NCBI GenBank assembly: GCA_031459535.1
Contig: JAVKIJ010000031.1
Span: 1-34,603, forward strand
Direction of reading: 5' to 3'
Source: Candidatus Fervidifonticultor quintus
GTDB taxonomy: Bacteria > Sysuimicrobiota > Sysuimicrobiia > Sysuimicrobiales > Humicultoraceae
Length of the DNA stretch: 34,603 nt
Numbering within the stretch: the first letter of the stretch is position 1; each line of letters opens with the position of its first letter. Below the pieces are notes generated by a model. It had not been told where the DNA came from. It searched no databases and worked only from the letters and a program-made list of their open reading frames with translations. Shown here in pieces: positions 27,301-34,603 of the stretch. A program made the position numbers and the translations under genes.

Positions 27301-27551
27301 GCCAGCGTGCGCACCTCGCGCACATTGGGCAGGCTCGAGAGCTGCTCCTCGAGGGGCTTGGCCACGAGCTGCTGGACCTCGTCGGGGCCCGCCCCCGGGT
27401 AGACCACGAGGACAGAGACAAATGGAAACTGCACGTTCGGGAACAGCTCGACCGGCAGCCGGGTGTAGGACACCAGTCCCAGCACCATCAAGGCGCTGAT
27501 GACCATGAGCACGAAGACCGGGCGCCGGACGGACAGCGCTGAGAGCGACAC
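24327..27551 (-). CDS. RND efflux transporter permease (AcrB/HAE-1-like), DN/NN variant
   Basis: SVRRPV start, YPGAGP, GVLVDNAIVV, GIVVNNAIVLVD and RLRPILMT; the GTG start overlaps the MFP TAG (TAGTG); 1074 aa. Confidence 0.95.
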   Translation of the reverse strand: MSLSALSVRRPVFVLMVISALMVLGLVSYTRLPVELFPNVQFPFVSVLVVYPGAGPDEVQQLVAKPLEEQLSSLPNVREVRTLASEGQVFTGVQFELGTDVDAAAADVRQRVSIARARFPRDVGEPVVQKFDFASEPVLNIGLSGARSPRELRRLADDIIKPRLERVPGVAAVNVSGGLVREIRVEVDQERLRAYGLAMAQVEEALRAENLNIPGGTITDGPREFLVRLTGQFGSLEEIADLRIRRLDGSVIRLGDVATVRDLQKDPEQYTRLNGRDSVGLQVQKQAGANTVKVADGVRAAIAELARTLPPDVTFGIAQDQSLFIRSSIADVQGNLILGAVLVALVVFAFLHNVRSTAIIALAMPTAIVATALPMYFSGFTINVMSLLGMAVSVGVLVDNAIVVTENINRHLTFDPTPTEAALNGAREIELAVLASSFTNVAVFVPIAFTRGIVGQFFRQFGLVVVFANLLSVFVAFTLTPMLSGRWLRRREPDGGRLARLFARWDGAYDRLAERYQGLLAWCLDHRAATLAIATLAFVASMALVASPIVGKEFFPISDTGEFRVRIEMPTGSSLRLADTAARQAEAVLRQTPEVKTYFTRVGAGSAGFGFQTPGSQIAEIFVSLTDKGERDRSVFQIIEALRGRMAAIPAAKVKISVGNEAGGGQAPIQVEVTGPDPQRLQAVAARVEEIVRGIPGTVNVDNTLAAGKPEIQIALDRERAARFGLNAAVVGAAIRSAVEGVAVTRYRVGGDEFDITVRARPEDRNTLDRLGEIAVGRAANGAAIRLRDVASMREMRGPASVLRKNRAQFALISADLKDRPLGAVVADIKKATDDLALPPGFAISFGGEAQFQAESFHDLLTSLALAILFVYMVMAAQFESLVHPLTIMFTLPLAAVGVFPLLVLARINVSIMSLLGIIMLTGIVVNNAIVLVDFTNQLRSRGRPRRQALLEAGKTRLRPILMTSLTTILGGLPVALGIGTSGAEWRRPLGVAVLGGLMTSTFLTLVVIPVAYVLMDDVVARIFRRRREAAAAVPAVPGPIAPVSGGGNGDAPAPDRGPHDSREGPERSMRNQL

Positions 27552-28894
27552 TAGCGACCCACCGCCTTCACGGCGGTCCCGGAGGGCAGGTCCTCGGGGC
27601 CGAGCACGACGACGGTCTCGCCGTCTGCCACGCCCGTCTTGATCTCGACGCGATCGCCCTGCGCCAGGCCCACGGTCACGGGTCTCACCTGGACTGCGCC
27701 GCCTGAGACCACGCGCACGATGGGCCGTTCGCCGCCGACGACAGCCGTCCGCGGCACGAGGAGGACACCGGAGCGCTCGTCGACGACGATCTCTCCTCGG
27801 GCGAACATGCCGGGCAGGGCACCCGCGGCGGGAGTCTTCAGGCGCAGCCGAACCGCGCTGGCGCGGCTGATGGGATCCGTAGCCGGGGAGATCACCGCCA
27901 CCGAGGCCTGGATGACCACGTCGGGGGCGGTCTCCAGCCTCAGGCGCGCGGTCTGCCCCAGCCTCACCAGCCCGATGTCGCGCTCGCCGACAGTGACCTC
28001 GACGTCGAGGGCACGGTCGTCGTAGACCACGGCCACGGGGCTGCGCCCCGGGAGATCCCCAGAGGTCACGTAGTCGCCCACAGAGACCGTCACCCCGGCC
28101 ACGCGCCCCGCGAACGGCGCGCGGATGGTCATGTAGTCCAGACGCTGCCGCGCCATCGCCAGCGCGGCGCGCGCCTGCGCGACCCCGGCCCGGGCCGCCT
28201 GCAGCTCTTCCTTCCTGGCGCCGGTCTGGATCATGTCCCACTGCTGCCGCGCCGAATCCACGGCGGTGTGCGCGATCTCTAGTTGCGTCTGGGCGGCGGC
28301 AAGCTGCGCACGCGCCTGATCGTACTGCAGCCGCGCCTGGTCCACCTGGGCCTGCGCCACGGCCCCCTCCCGCAGCAACTGCTCCTGGCGCCGGAGGCTG
28401 TCCTCGGCCACCCGGAGCGCGGCTTCGGCCGCGGTCACCTGCGTGGCGGCCACCTTGGCCTGGTTCTGCGCCTGCGTGTACGCGTTGAAAGCGACCCGGC
28501 GCTCCTGGGCGCGCCCTCCCGCCTCGAGCAACCGGAGCCTCGCCTCGGCGGCTGCTACCGCCGCCTCGGCCTGCCGCACTTCGTTCCGTTGATCGGCGGC
28601 GTCCAGCGCAATCAGCGGTTGCCCGGCCGCCACCCGGGCGCCATCGGTCACGAACACCCGCACCACCCGGCCGCCGATCTTGGGGACCACATCGGCGCTA
28701 CGCGCCGAGACCACGGTGCCGCTCACCTCGACCGTGCGCGTGACGGTGCCCCGCGTCACTGCGGCGACCTCGACCGGTACGGCCGGCGGCGTCACCGGCG
28801 TCGCCTCCGGTACTGCCCGACCACGTCCCCACAGGGTCGCACCGGCACCGAGTGCCACCGCGACCAGTGCCAGAACCACTACCCAACGGCGCAT
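27551..28894 (-). CDS. RND periplasmic adaptor (MFP) with long alpha-hairpin
   Basis: N-terminal TM anchor; lipoyl halves (GRVVRVFVTDGARVAAGQPL / IRAPFAGRV); PGMFARG. Confidence 0.93.
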   Translation of the reverse strand: MRRWVVVLALVAVALGAGATLWGRGRAVPEATPVTPPAVPVEVAAVTRGTVTRTVEVSGTVVSARSADVVPKIGGRVVRVFVTDGARVAAGQPLIALDAADQRNEVRQAEAAVAAAEARLRLLEAGGRAQERRVAFNAYTQAQNQAKVAATQVTAAEAALRVAEDSLRRQEQLLREGAVAQAQVDQARLQYDQARAQLAAAQTQLEIAHTAVDSARQQWDMIQTGARKEELQAARAGVAQARAALAMARQRLDYMTIRAPFAGRVAGVTVSVGDYVTSGDLPGRSPVAVVYDDRALDVEVTVGERDIGLVRLGQTARLRLETAPDVVIQASVAVISPATDPISRASAVRLRLKTPAAGALPGMFARGEIVVDERSGVLLVPRTAVVGGERPIVRVVSGGAVQVRPVTVGLAQGDRVEIKTGVADGETVVVLGPEDLPSGTAVKAVGR

Positions 28895-28927
28895 ATGACC
28901 CGAACTCCCTCCACGCTCAGACCCACA

Positions 28928-29011
28928 GAACTCGATCCTTACCTAGGAACGAGCCCGATTCAAGACATGTGTCGGCGGGGGTCCCCGCCGGCACGCCCTG
29001 CTAGATTACCA
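28928..29011 (-). promoter_or_regulatory. Candidate internal promoter and two-hairpin leader for the second MFP/RND module
   Basis: TGgTAATCT extended -10 (29003-29011), followed by stems at 28969-28994 and 28928-28956. Confidence 0.4.
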
Positions 29012-29028
29012 CGCGACAGCGACCGTCG

Positions 29029-29319
29029 CTACTCTACGACCTCGACGGGCAGGACGAAGATGCGCAGCGCGGGGGGCTTGAGGTAGGATGCGCGCAGGGC
29101 GCGCAGCCGAGTGACGAGATCACCGACCGCCTCGTCCGGGACGGCCATCCACAGCAGGTTGTTGGTCCCGGGCCACACCTGGGTCCCGAGGCGACGGCCC
29201 GCGCGGCCGCTGCCAGTGGCATCGGTGAGCTTGGTGTACGCGGATACCCCAGCCGCATCCAGGGTACCCTGCAGATCCTCGTCGATCCCGGCCTCGTAGA
29301 TCACCAGCACCATTTTCAT
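29029..29319 (-). CDS. PII/GlnB-like transporter-associated protein (PG0541-like)
   Basis: 96 aa; GVSAYTK...TGSGRAGRRLGTQVWPGTN and terminal RIFVLPVE echo the PII fold; ATGA overlap with the RND stop. Confidence 0.75.
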   Translation of the reverse strand: MKMVLVIYEAGIDEDLQGTLDAAGVSAYTKLTDATGSGRAGRRLGTQVWPGTNNLLWMAVPDEAVGDLVTRLRALRASYLKPPALRIFVLPVEVVE

Positions 29320-32300
29320 GCGCGCACCTCGCCATGGACGCGCCAGGCGCTTCGGGCCAGGAACCGGGTCAGGTCGTCTACCAGCGTGTAGACCACGGGG
29401 ATAACGACCAGCGTCAGCAATGTGGACCAGACCAAGCCGCCGATTACGGCCACCGCCATGGGCGAGCGCCACTCCGCGCCGCTGCCCAGACCCAGGGCCG
29501 TGGGCAGCATGCCCATGATCATCGCCAGCGTCGTCATCAAGATGGGACGCAGCCGCGTGGGGCCGGCTTCCAGGATCGCGTCGCGGCGCGGGCGGCCGCG
29601 GGCCCGCAGCGTGTTGGTGTAGTCCACCAGCAGGATCGCATTCTTGGTGACCAGCCCCATGAGCATGATGATGCCGATCATGGAGACGATGGACAGCGTC
29701 TTGCCGGCGACCATCAGCCCCAGGATGGCGCCGACGGCGGCCATGGGCAGCGAGAACATGATGATGAAGGGGCTGAGGAACCCCTCGAAGAGCGCGGCCA
29801 TGAGGATGTACACCAGCACCACGGAGAGCAGCAGGGCGCGGCCGAGCTGCCCGCTGCTCTCGGCCAGTTGCTCGGCCTCACCGCCCCACCGCAGCGCGAC
29901 GCCGGTCAACGGCACGTCGGCGATGCGGCGGTTGATCTCCCGCTGGACGTTTCCCAGATAGTATCCGGGCGCCAGGTTGGCGCTGACCACCACCATGCGC
30001 TGGCGATCCTTGCGGTCAATCTGCGTGGGCCCCGTGGCCAGGGTGACGGTCGCGATGTCCTTAACGTAAACCGGTTGTCCGTAGGGCGCGGCGACCAGGA
30101 CGGTGGCGAGATCCTCGGGGGCCTGCCGCTGGGCTTCCGGCAGCCGCACGCGAATGTCGTATTCCTCTCCGCCGGTGCGGAACTTGGTGGTGGTGGCACC
30201 CTGGATCGCGGTGCGCAGCGTCGCCGCCACCGCGCCGGTCGAGAGGCCGAGCGAGGCCGCCTTCAGGCGGTCTGGGTGCACCTGCAGTTCTGGCCGGCCC
30301 ACGCGCCACGAGACGTCCACGTCCACCACCCCGGGCACCTGGCGCACGCGGGAGGCGACGGCTCCGGCTGCGCGGTGCAGGGCCGCGAAATCGTCTCCAA
30401 GCAGTTCTATCTGCACCGCAGCTCCCAGCCGGCCGAGGCTAGGCGGCGCGAACGTGATCTTGGCACCTGGGATGCGCGCCGCCTGCCGGCGGAGGGCGGC
30501 GATGATCTGCCGGTCGGATCGGACGCGGCGGTCCTTCTCCACCAGGCTGACCAGGATATTGGCGGTATGCGGCCCCTGGCTGCCTGCGCCGAAGCTGACC
30601 GCGCCGGCCGTGGAGCCCACGCGGGTGAACGTGGCGTCCACTTCCGGTTGCCGGGACAACAGGTCTTCGACCTGCGCGACCACGGCGCTGGTGGTCTCGA
30701 GATTGGTCCCGGCGGGCGTTTCGATCCTCACGGAGAACTGTCCCTGGTCCACCGAGGGCATGAACTCAAACCCAAGCGCGGCTGCCAGCGGCACCACCAC
30801 CAGCAGGGCGGCCAGGCCGGCGGCCGCGACCGCCCACCGGTGGTCGAGCGCCCAGGCCAGTACGCCGCGATACCTGCTGTCCAGCCGGCTGTAGAAGGCG
30901 TCGAAGCGGCTGAAGACGCGCGCCGCAGTGCCGCGCGCCGCCTCTTCCTCACGCCGGCGCCGGGTGAACCAGCGCGATGCCAGCATCGGCGTCAGGGTGA
31001 ACGACACCGCCAGCGAAAAGAGCGTCACGGCCGCCACGGTGAGACCGAACTCTCGGAAGAACTGGCCCACCATGCCGCCCATGAACGCGATGGGTACGAA
31101 GACCACCACATCGGTGAGGGTGATGGCAATGGCGGCCAAGCCAATTTCCGACCGGCCGTTCAGCGCCGCGTCCCGGGGCACCTCACCCAGGTGCAGGTGC
31201 CGGTGGATGTTCTCCAGCACCACGATTGAGTCGTCCACCAGGATGCCGGTCGAGAGTGCCAGGCCCAGCATCGTCATCATGTTGAGGGAGAACCCGGCGA
31301 AGTACATCGGGGTGAACGCGGCCAGCATGGACGTCGGGATGGCCAGCGACACGATGAACGTGGATCGAACATTGTGCAGGAACAGGTAGACCACGACCAC
31401 CGCCAGGATGGCGCCCAGGATCAGGGCGTCGCGCACGTCGGCCAGGGACTCTCTGAGGAAGACGGACTGGTCGTAGGCGGCCTTGATGACCAGATCACGG
31501 GGGAGGACGGCGCGCAGGCGCTCGAGCTCGGCCGCGACCCCGTCTACCACCCGCACTGTGTTGGCATCGGCCTGCTTCTGGACCACGAGCCCCACACTCT
31601 CCCGCCGGTTCAGGCGAGACAGCTCGGCCCGGTCCGCGAATGCGTCCTTGACCCGCGCCACGTCCCGCAGTAGAACGGGCGTGCCGGCCGTCGTCATTAG
31701 CCGCACGGCCAGCAGCTCGTCCAGCGAACCGAACTCGCCCACAGTGCGGACTGCGTACTCTTCCCGGCCCTCGCGGATGCTGCCGCTGGGCAGGCTGAGG
31801 TTCTCACCGGCGATCGCCTGGGCCACCTGCACGATCGACAGACCGTAAGCCTGCAGCCGGGCTCCATCCACTTCCACCTGGATCTCGCGCCGGACGCCAC
31901 CGACCACGGAGACCGACGCCACACCCGGGACCTTGGCGAGCCGGTCCTTGACCCGGTCCTCGACGATCTGGCGGATCTCGGCCACCGGCCGCGACCCGCT
32001 CACCCCGTACACCAGCACCGGGATGGCCGACAGGCTGGCCTTGTAGACCACCGGCGCCTCGGCCTCACGGGGCAGCGTGGCCCGCGCGGCGTCGAGCCGA
32101 GCGCGCACCTCGTTGGTCGCGGCGTCGAGATCGATGCCGAGGTTGAGCTCGATCACCACCACCGAGAGGCTCTCCTGCGACGAGCTCTGCACGGTCTTGA
32201 CGCCGTTGACGGTGTTGACCGCCTCTTCCAGCGGCTTGCTGATCAGCGTCTCGATCTCCCGCGGCCCGGCGCCTGGGTAGACCGTCACGACCGTAATGTA

Positions 32301-32429
32301 CGGAACTTCGGCGCGCGGGAACAGCTCGACCGGCATGAGGCTCAGCGACTGCAGGCCCAGGACCATCAGCGCGGCGAACGCCATGACAACGAACACCGGC
32401 CGCGCGATAGCGATGCGCGTGAGTCCCAT
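29316..32429 (-). CDS. RND efflux transporter permease (AcrB/HAE-1-like), canonical DD/K relay
   Basis: AIARPV, YPGAGP, GILVDDSIVV, GLVTKNAILLVD and RLRPILMT. Confidence 0.95.
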   Translation of the reverse strand: MGLTRIAIARPVFVVMAFAALMVLGLQSLSLMPVELFPRAEVPYITVVTVYPGAGPREIETLISKPLEEAVNTVNGVKTVQSSSQESLSVVVIELNLGIDLDAATNEVRARLDAARATLPREAEAPVVYKASLSAIPVLVYGVSGSRPVAEIRQIVEDRVKDRLAKVPGVASVSVVGGVRREIQVEVDGARLQAYGLSIVQVAQAIAGENLSLPSGSIREGREEYAVRTVGEFGSLDELLAVRLMTTAGTPVLLRDVARVKDAFADRAELSRLNRRESVGLVVQKQADANTVRVVDGVAAELERLRAVLPRDLVIKAAYDQSVFLRESLADVRDALILGAILAVVVVYLFLHNVRSTFIVSLAIPTSMLAAFTPMYFAGFSLNMMTMLGLALSTGILVDDSIVVLENIHRHLHLGEVPRDAALNGRSEIGLAAIAITLTDVVVFVPIAFMGGMVGQFFREFGLTVAAVTLFSLAVSFTLTPMLASRWFTRRRREEEAARGTAARVFSRFDAFYSRLDSRYRGVLAWALDHRWAVAAAGLAALLVVVPLAAALGFEFMPSVDQGQFSVRIETPAGTNLETTSAVVAQVEDLLSRQPEVDATFTRVGSTAGAVSFGAGSQGPHTANILVSLVEKDRRVRSDRQIIAALRRQAARIPGAKITFAPPSLGRLGAAVQIELLGDDFAALHRAAGAVASRVRQVPGVVDVDVSWRVGRPELQVHPDRLKAASLGLSTGAVAATLRTAIQGATTTKFRTGGEEYDIRVRLPEAQRQAPEDLATVLVAAPYGQPVYVKDIATVTLATGPTQIDRKDRQRMVVVSANLAPGYYLGNVQREINRRIADVPLTGVALRWGGEAEQLAESSGQLGRALLLSVVLVYILMAALFEGFLSPFIIMFSLPMAAVGAILGLMVAGKTLSIVSMIGIIMLMGLVTKNAILLVDYTNTLRARGRPRRDAILEAGPTRLRPILMTTLAMIMGMLPTALGLGSGAEWRSPMAVAVIGGLVWSTLLTLVVIPVVYTLVDDLTRFLARSAWRVHGEVRA

Positions 32430-32438
32430 AGCGACCCC

Positions 32439-33881
32439 CTACCGGACCGAGACGGGGGTCCCGTCGGTCAGGCCGTCGTGACCGGCGATGATCACGGCGT
32501 CGCCCTTCGACAGCCCGGAGAGGACCTGCACCATCGGGCCGCTCGCGATCCCCAGCCGGACGGTCCGCGCCCGCGCGATCCCGGCCTGCGCGACGAAGGC
32601 CAGGGTCCGTCCGCCCTCGGTGACCACGGCGCTGCGGGGAATGACCATCGTCTCGGGGTGGGTGGCGACGGTGATATCGCCGCGGGCGAACATGCCCGGC
32701 TTGAGGGCATGGTCAGGGTTTGGCACCGCAACCTTGATGCGGAAGACGCGGACCCGGGGGTCGGCGGCGTAACCCAGCTCGCTGACGGTGCCCGCAAACG
32801 TCCGGTCGGGATACGCGTCAATGCGCAGGGCCACCGGCTGGCCGACCCTGATCCGGCCCAGGTCGGTCTCGGAGACGTCCAGCCCCGCGTACACCGTGTC
32901 GATCTGGGCCACCATCACCAGCGCGCCCTGGCCTGGCATCGGTGTCACCAGTTGTCCTGGCTCTACGAGGCGCCGCGTGACGGTGCCGGCAAAGGGTGCG
33001 ACCACCGTGGCGTTGGCCAGCTGCAGGCGCGCGAAGGCCACCGAGGCTCGCGCCTGGGCAACCTGGGCCCGGGCCATCTGGACCTCCTGCTCTCGCGCGC
33101 CCTGCTGGACCAGCGCGTGCTGCTGGCGTGCGGCATCGAGCTGGGCCCGGGCGGCCTCGACCTGGCTGCGGGTCATCTCGATCTCTTGTGGCCGGGGGCC
33201 GGTCTGGACCAGATTGCGCTGCTGGACGGCGGCATCGTACTGGGCTCTCGCCAGGTCGTGCTGCAGCTCGGCGGCGTCGAGCTGCGCCTTGCTGATGGCC
33301 CCGCTCTCGTAGAGCATCCGCATCCGCTCCAGGTTGGCCCTGGCCGTCTCGTAGTTGGCCCTGGCCTGCGCCACCGCCGCGTCGGCCTGGGCACGCTCCT
33401 GCGGCCGGGCGCCTTCCTCCAGCATCCGCAGGCGCGCCGTCGCGGCGGCCAGATTTGCCTCGGCGCTGCGCACCTGGTCCTCGACCTGGGCGCGCTCCTG
33501 GGGCCGGGCGCCTTCCTCCAGCATCCGCAGGCGCGCCGTCGCGGCGGCCAGGCCGGCTTCGGCCTGGCGGACCTGGGCCTGGATGTCGTCGCTCTCCAGT
33601 CGCACCAGCACCTGTCCGGCCCGCACATTGTCGCCTTCCTTCACCAGCACCGCGGCCACCCGGGCACTGAGCTTGGTGGTCACGAGAACTTCGCGGACAG
33701 CGGTAATGGACCCGCCTGCGCTCACCCGCTCGACGAGGGTGGTGGTCTCGACCGGACGGACCTCGACGGGAACGCCCGCTTCGGAGGCCGCCGGAGTCTC
33801 GGCACGACGGCCGGCCGACATGACCCGCCAGGCGACCCCCACCACCAGGATCAGGACGCCAACGGCGATCCAGCGACGCAC
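32439..33881 (-). CDS. RND periplasmic adaptor (MFP) with very long repeat-built alpha-hairpin
   Basis: TM anchor, VKEGDNVRAGQVL, VVAPFAGTV and LKPGMFARG; four GxRxQE modules. The GTG at 33881 fits SD spacing better than 33887. Confidence 0.93.
   Translation of the reverse strand: MRRWIAVGVLILVVGVAWRVMSAGRRAETPAASEAGVPVEVRPVETTTLVERVSAGGSITAVREVLVTTKLSARVAAVLVKEGDNVRAGQVLVRLESDDIQAQVRQAEAGLAAATARLRMLEEGARPQERAQVEDQVRSAEANLAAATARLRMLEEGARPQERAQADAAVAQARANYETARANLERMRMLYESGAISKAQLDAAELQHDLARAQYDAAVQQRNLVQTGPRPQEIEMTRSQVEAARAQLDAARQQHALVQQGAREQEVQMARAQVAQARASVAFARLQLANATVVAPFAGTVTRRLVEPGQLVTPMPGQGALVMVAQIDTVYAGLDVSETDLGRIRVGQPVALRIDAYPDRTFAGTVSELGYAADPRVRVFRIKVAVPNPDHALKPGMFARGDITVATHPETMVIPRSAVVTEGGRTLAFVAQAGIARARTVRLGIASGPMVQVLSGLSKGDAVIIAGHDGLTDGTPVSVR
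33386..33551. repeat. Intragenic direct repeat, 99-bp period
   Basis: 33403-33452 is identical to 33502-33551 (50 bp), with near identity extending back to 33386/33485; it encodes LAAATARLRMLEEGARPQERAQ twice. Confidence 0.95.
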
Positions 33882-33909
33882 GCGCACTCCCCCTCGGTCT
33901 GGCGTGGCG

Positions 33910-33932
33910 TTGAGACACCAGTTTCAAGTCTA
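33910..33932 (-). promoter_or_regulatory. Candidate -10 (TAGACT) and repressor operator for the RND operon
   Basis: Imperfect palindrome TTGAGAC-ACCA-GTTTCAA (33910-33927) directly downstream of minus-strand TAGACT (33927-33932). Confidence 0.5.
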
Positions 33933-34202
33933 GCCCGGACGGCAGCGGGCGCATCCAGTGGAGAGTGTATGAGTACGAGGCGGAGCCGCTGACCGCGGCG
34001 TCGCCAGCTGATGCTCTGCACCGACTCGGGTTGTCGCCTGAGGGGCCAGGGCCGTTGGGCCCGCCCGCCGTGGCCGTTTGGCGCGGTTGAGATCGGGCTC
34101 GCAATGGATACCGCAGCGCGGTGGCGCGCTCTATGCTTGTGGTGCGGCCTTCCAAAGTAGTCAACTATTGCTCGTCTAGTGCCACGCACGAGGTGTCTCC
34201 AG

Positions 34203-34292
34203 GTGACCGATTGTGCCGGGGCTCTGTTGATGGTCGTCCTGGGGGTGGTGCTGATCGCGGCGCCTGCCGCCGAGGCCGGACCCGGTACCTGA
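34203..34292 (+). pseudogene. Signal-peptide-like small ORF or gene remnant
   Basis: GAGGTG SD, then MTDCAGALLMVVLGVVLIAAPAAEAGPGT*: a hydrophobic core and AEA site with almost no mature part. Confidence 0.35.
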
Positions 34293-34368
34293 CCGTGTCC
34301 GTTCGCGCGCTCTTTGAGTGAGTTAGCCGCACGGAAACTGGCCCCGGACTGAAGTTGTCGATCTCCCG

Positions 34369-34473
34369 CTACTTCGTTTCGAACTGCAGGGTTTGCAAGA
34401 CCTCGGGCGGCACGCGCTTGCTTAGGCCCAGAATCTCCACGCCCACCACATTGTCGCTGGCATCATAGTCGAG
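34369..34473 (-). pseudogene. C-terminal fragment of a DUF2283-like protein
   Basis: Translates LDYDASDNVVGVEILGLSKRVPPEVLQTLQFETK*; no start codon; cut off at the IS junction. Confidence 0.7.
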
Positions 34474-34480
34474 ACACTAG

Positions 34481-34603
34481 GAGCCTGTCCGAGAAATCGG
34501 TCTTGGACAGGACTTTAGTGCGCTAAAGTCGAATCGTTGTCCATGCCGACCAAAGAGTACCGTCCCTACAGTCCGCATCAGCTCCTGATCCTCCCGCCCT
34601 CGC
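34481..34603 (+). mobile_element. Left end of an IS1182-family insertion sequence
   Basis: CTAG (34477-34480) as probable target site, terminal GAGCCTGTCCGAGAAAT, then a transposase-like ORF start. Confidence 0.75.
34543..34603 (+). CDS. IS1182-family transposase, N-terminal 20 codons (runs off the window)
   Basis: MPTKEYRPYSPHQLLILPPS matches the (F/Y)RPYxxxQxxLLPPS N-terminus typical of IS1182 transposases. Confidence 0.75.
   Translation, partial: MPTKEYRPYSPHQLLILPPS

Noticed and set aside
27552-28241. N-terminal extension making RND2 1304 aa
   Set aside because: It is an alternative-frame shadow of the MFP gene; family homology begins at the GTG at 27551.
29334-31229. Long antisense ORFs (631 aa here; also 25974-27542, 20396-21874, 32478-33992 and others)
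   Set aside because: These are typical stop-poor shadows of high-GC genes, with no motifs or ribosome-binding sites.
33386-33551. CRISPR-like repeat
   Set aside because: Only two copies, in frame within a coding coiled coil, and no cas genes.
33969-33992. Leader peptide MSTRRSR after a GGAG SD
   Set aside because: No downstream gene or attenuator on that strand; compatible with chance.

Overview
High-GC (roughly 70%) bacterial chromosomal region with dense coding. Left to right: (i) a 5'-truncated, probably exported FAD-dependent oxidoreductase and panE; (ii) a minus-strand run of NUDIX hydrolase, HU, histidine phosphatase, a four-gene BMP-type (nucleoside-class) ABC importer, a YedF/DsrE-like protein and a secreted HEXXH peptidase, all lying 3' of tRNA-Arg(CCG); (iii) a tightly coupled, apparently IclR-autoregulated operon I cannot assign to a known pathway: a two-subunit xanthine-dehydrogenase-family molybdoenzyme with no FAD subunit, a RedY/HapK-like protein, a Mer-like LLM oxidoreductase, a HapK-cupin fusion and a Tat-exported Dpp-type importer with no ATPase genes; (iv) a second BMP-type ABC importer whose last permease has no canonical start codon; (v) two tandem MFP+RND efflux modules with very long adaptors, different ion-relay motifs and a PII-like protein between them; (vi) gene debris and the left end of an IS1182-family element. 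The best candidates for an undescribed system are the Mo/HapK/LLM catabolic operon (10174-19428) and the twin RND cluster with its PII-like protein (24327-33881). All family calls come from reading motifs by eye; no database searches were run.
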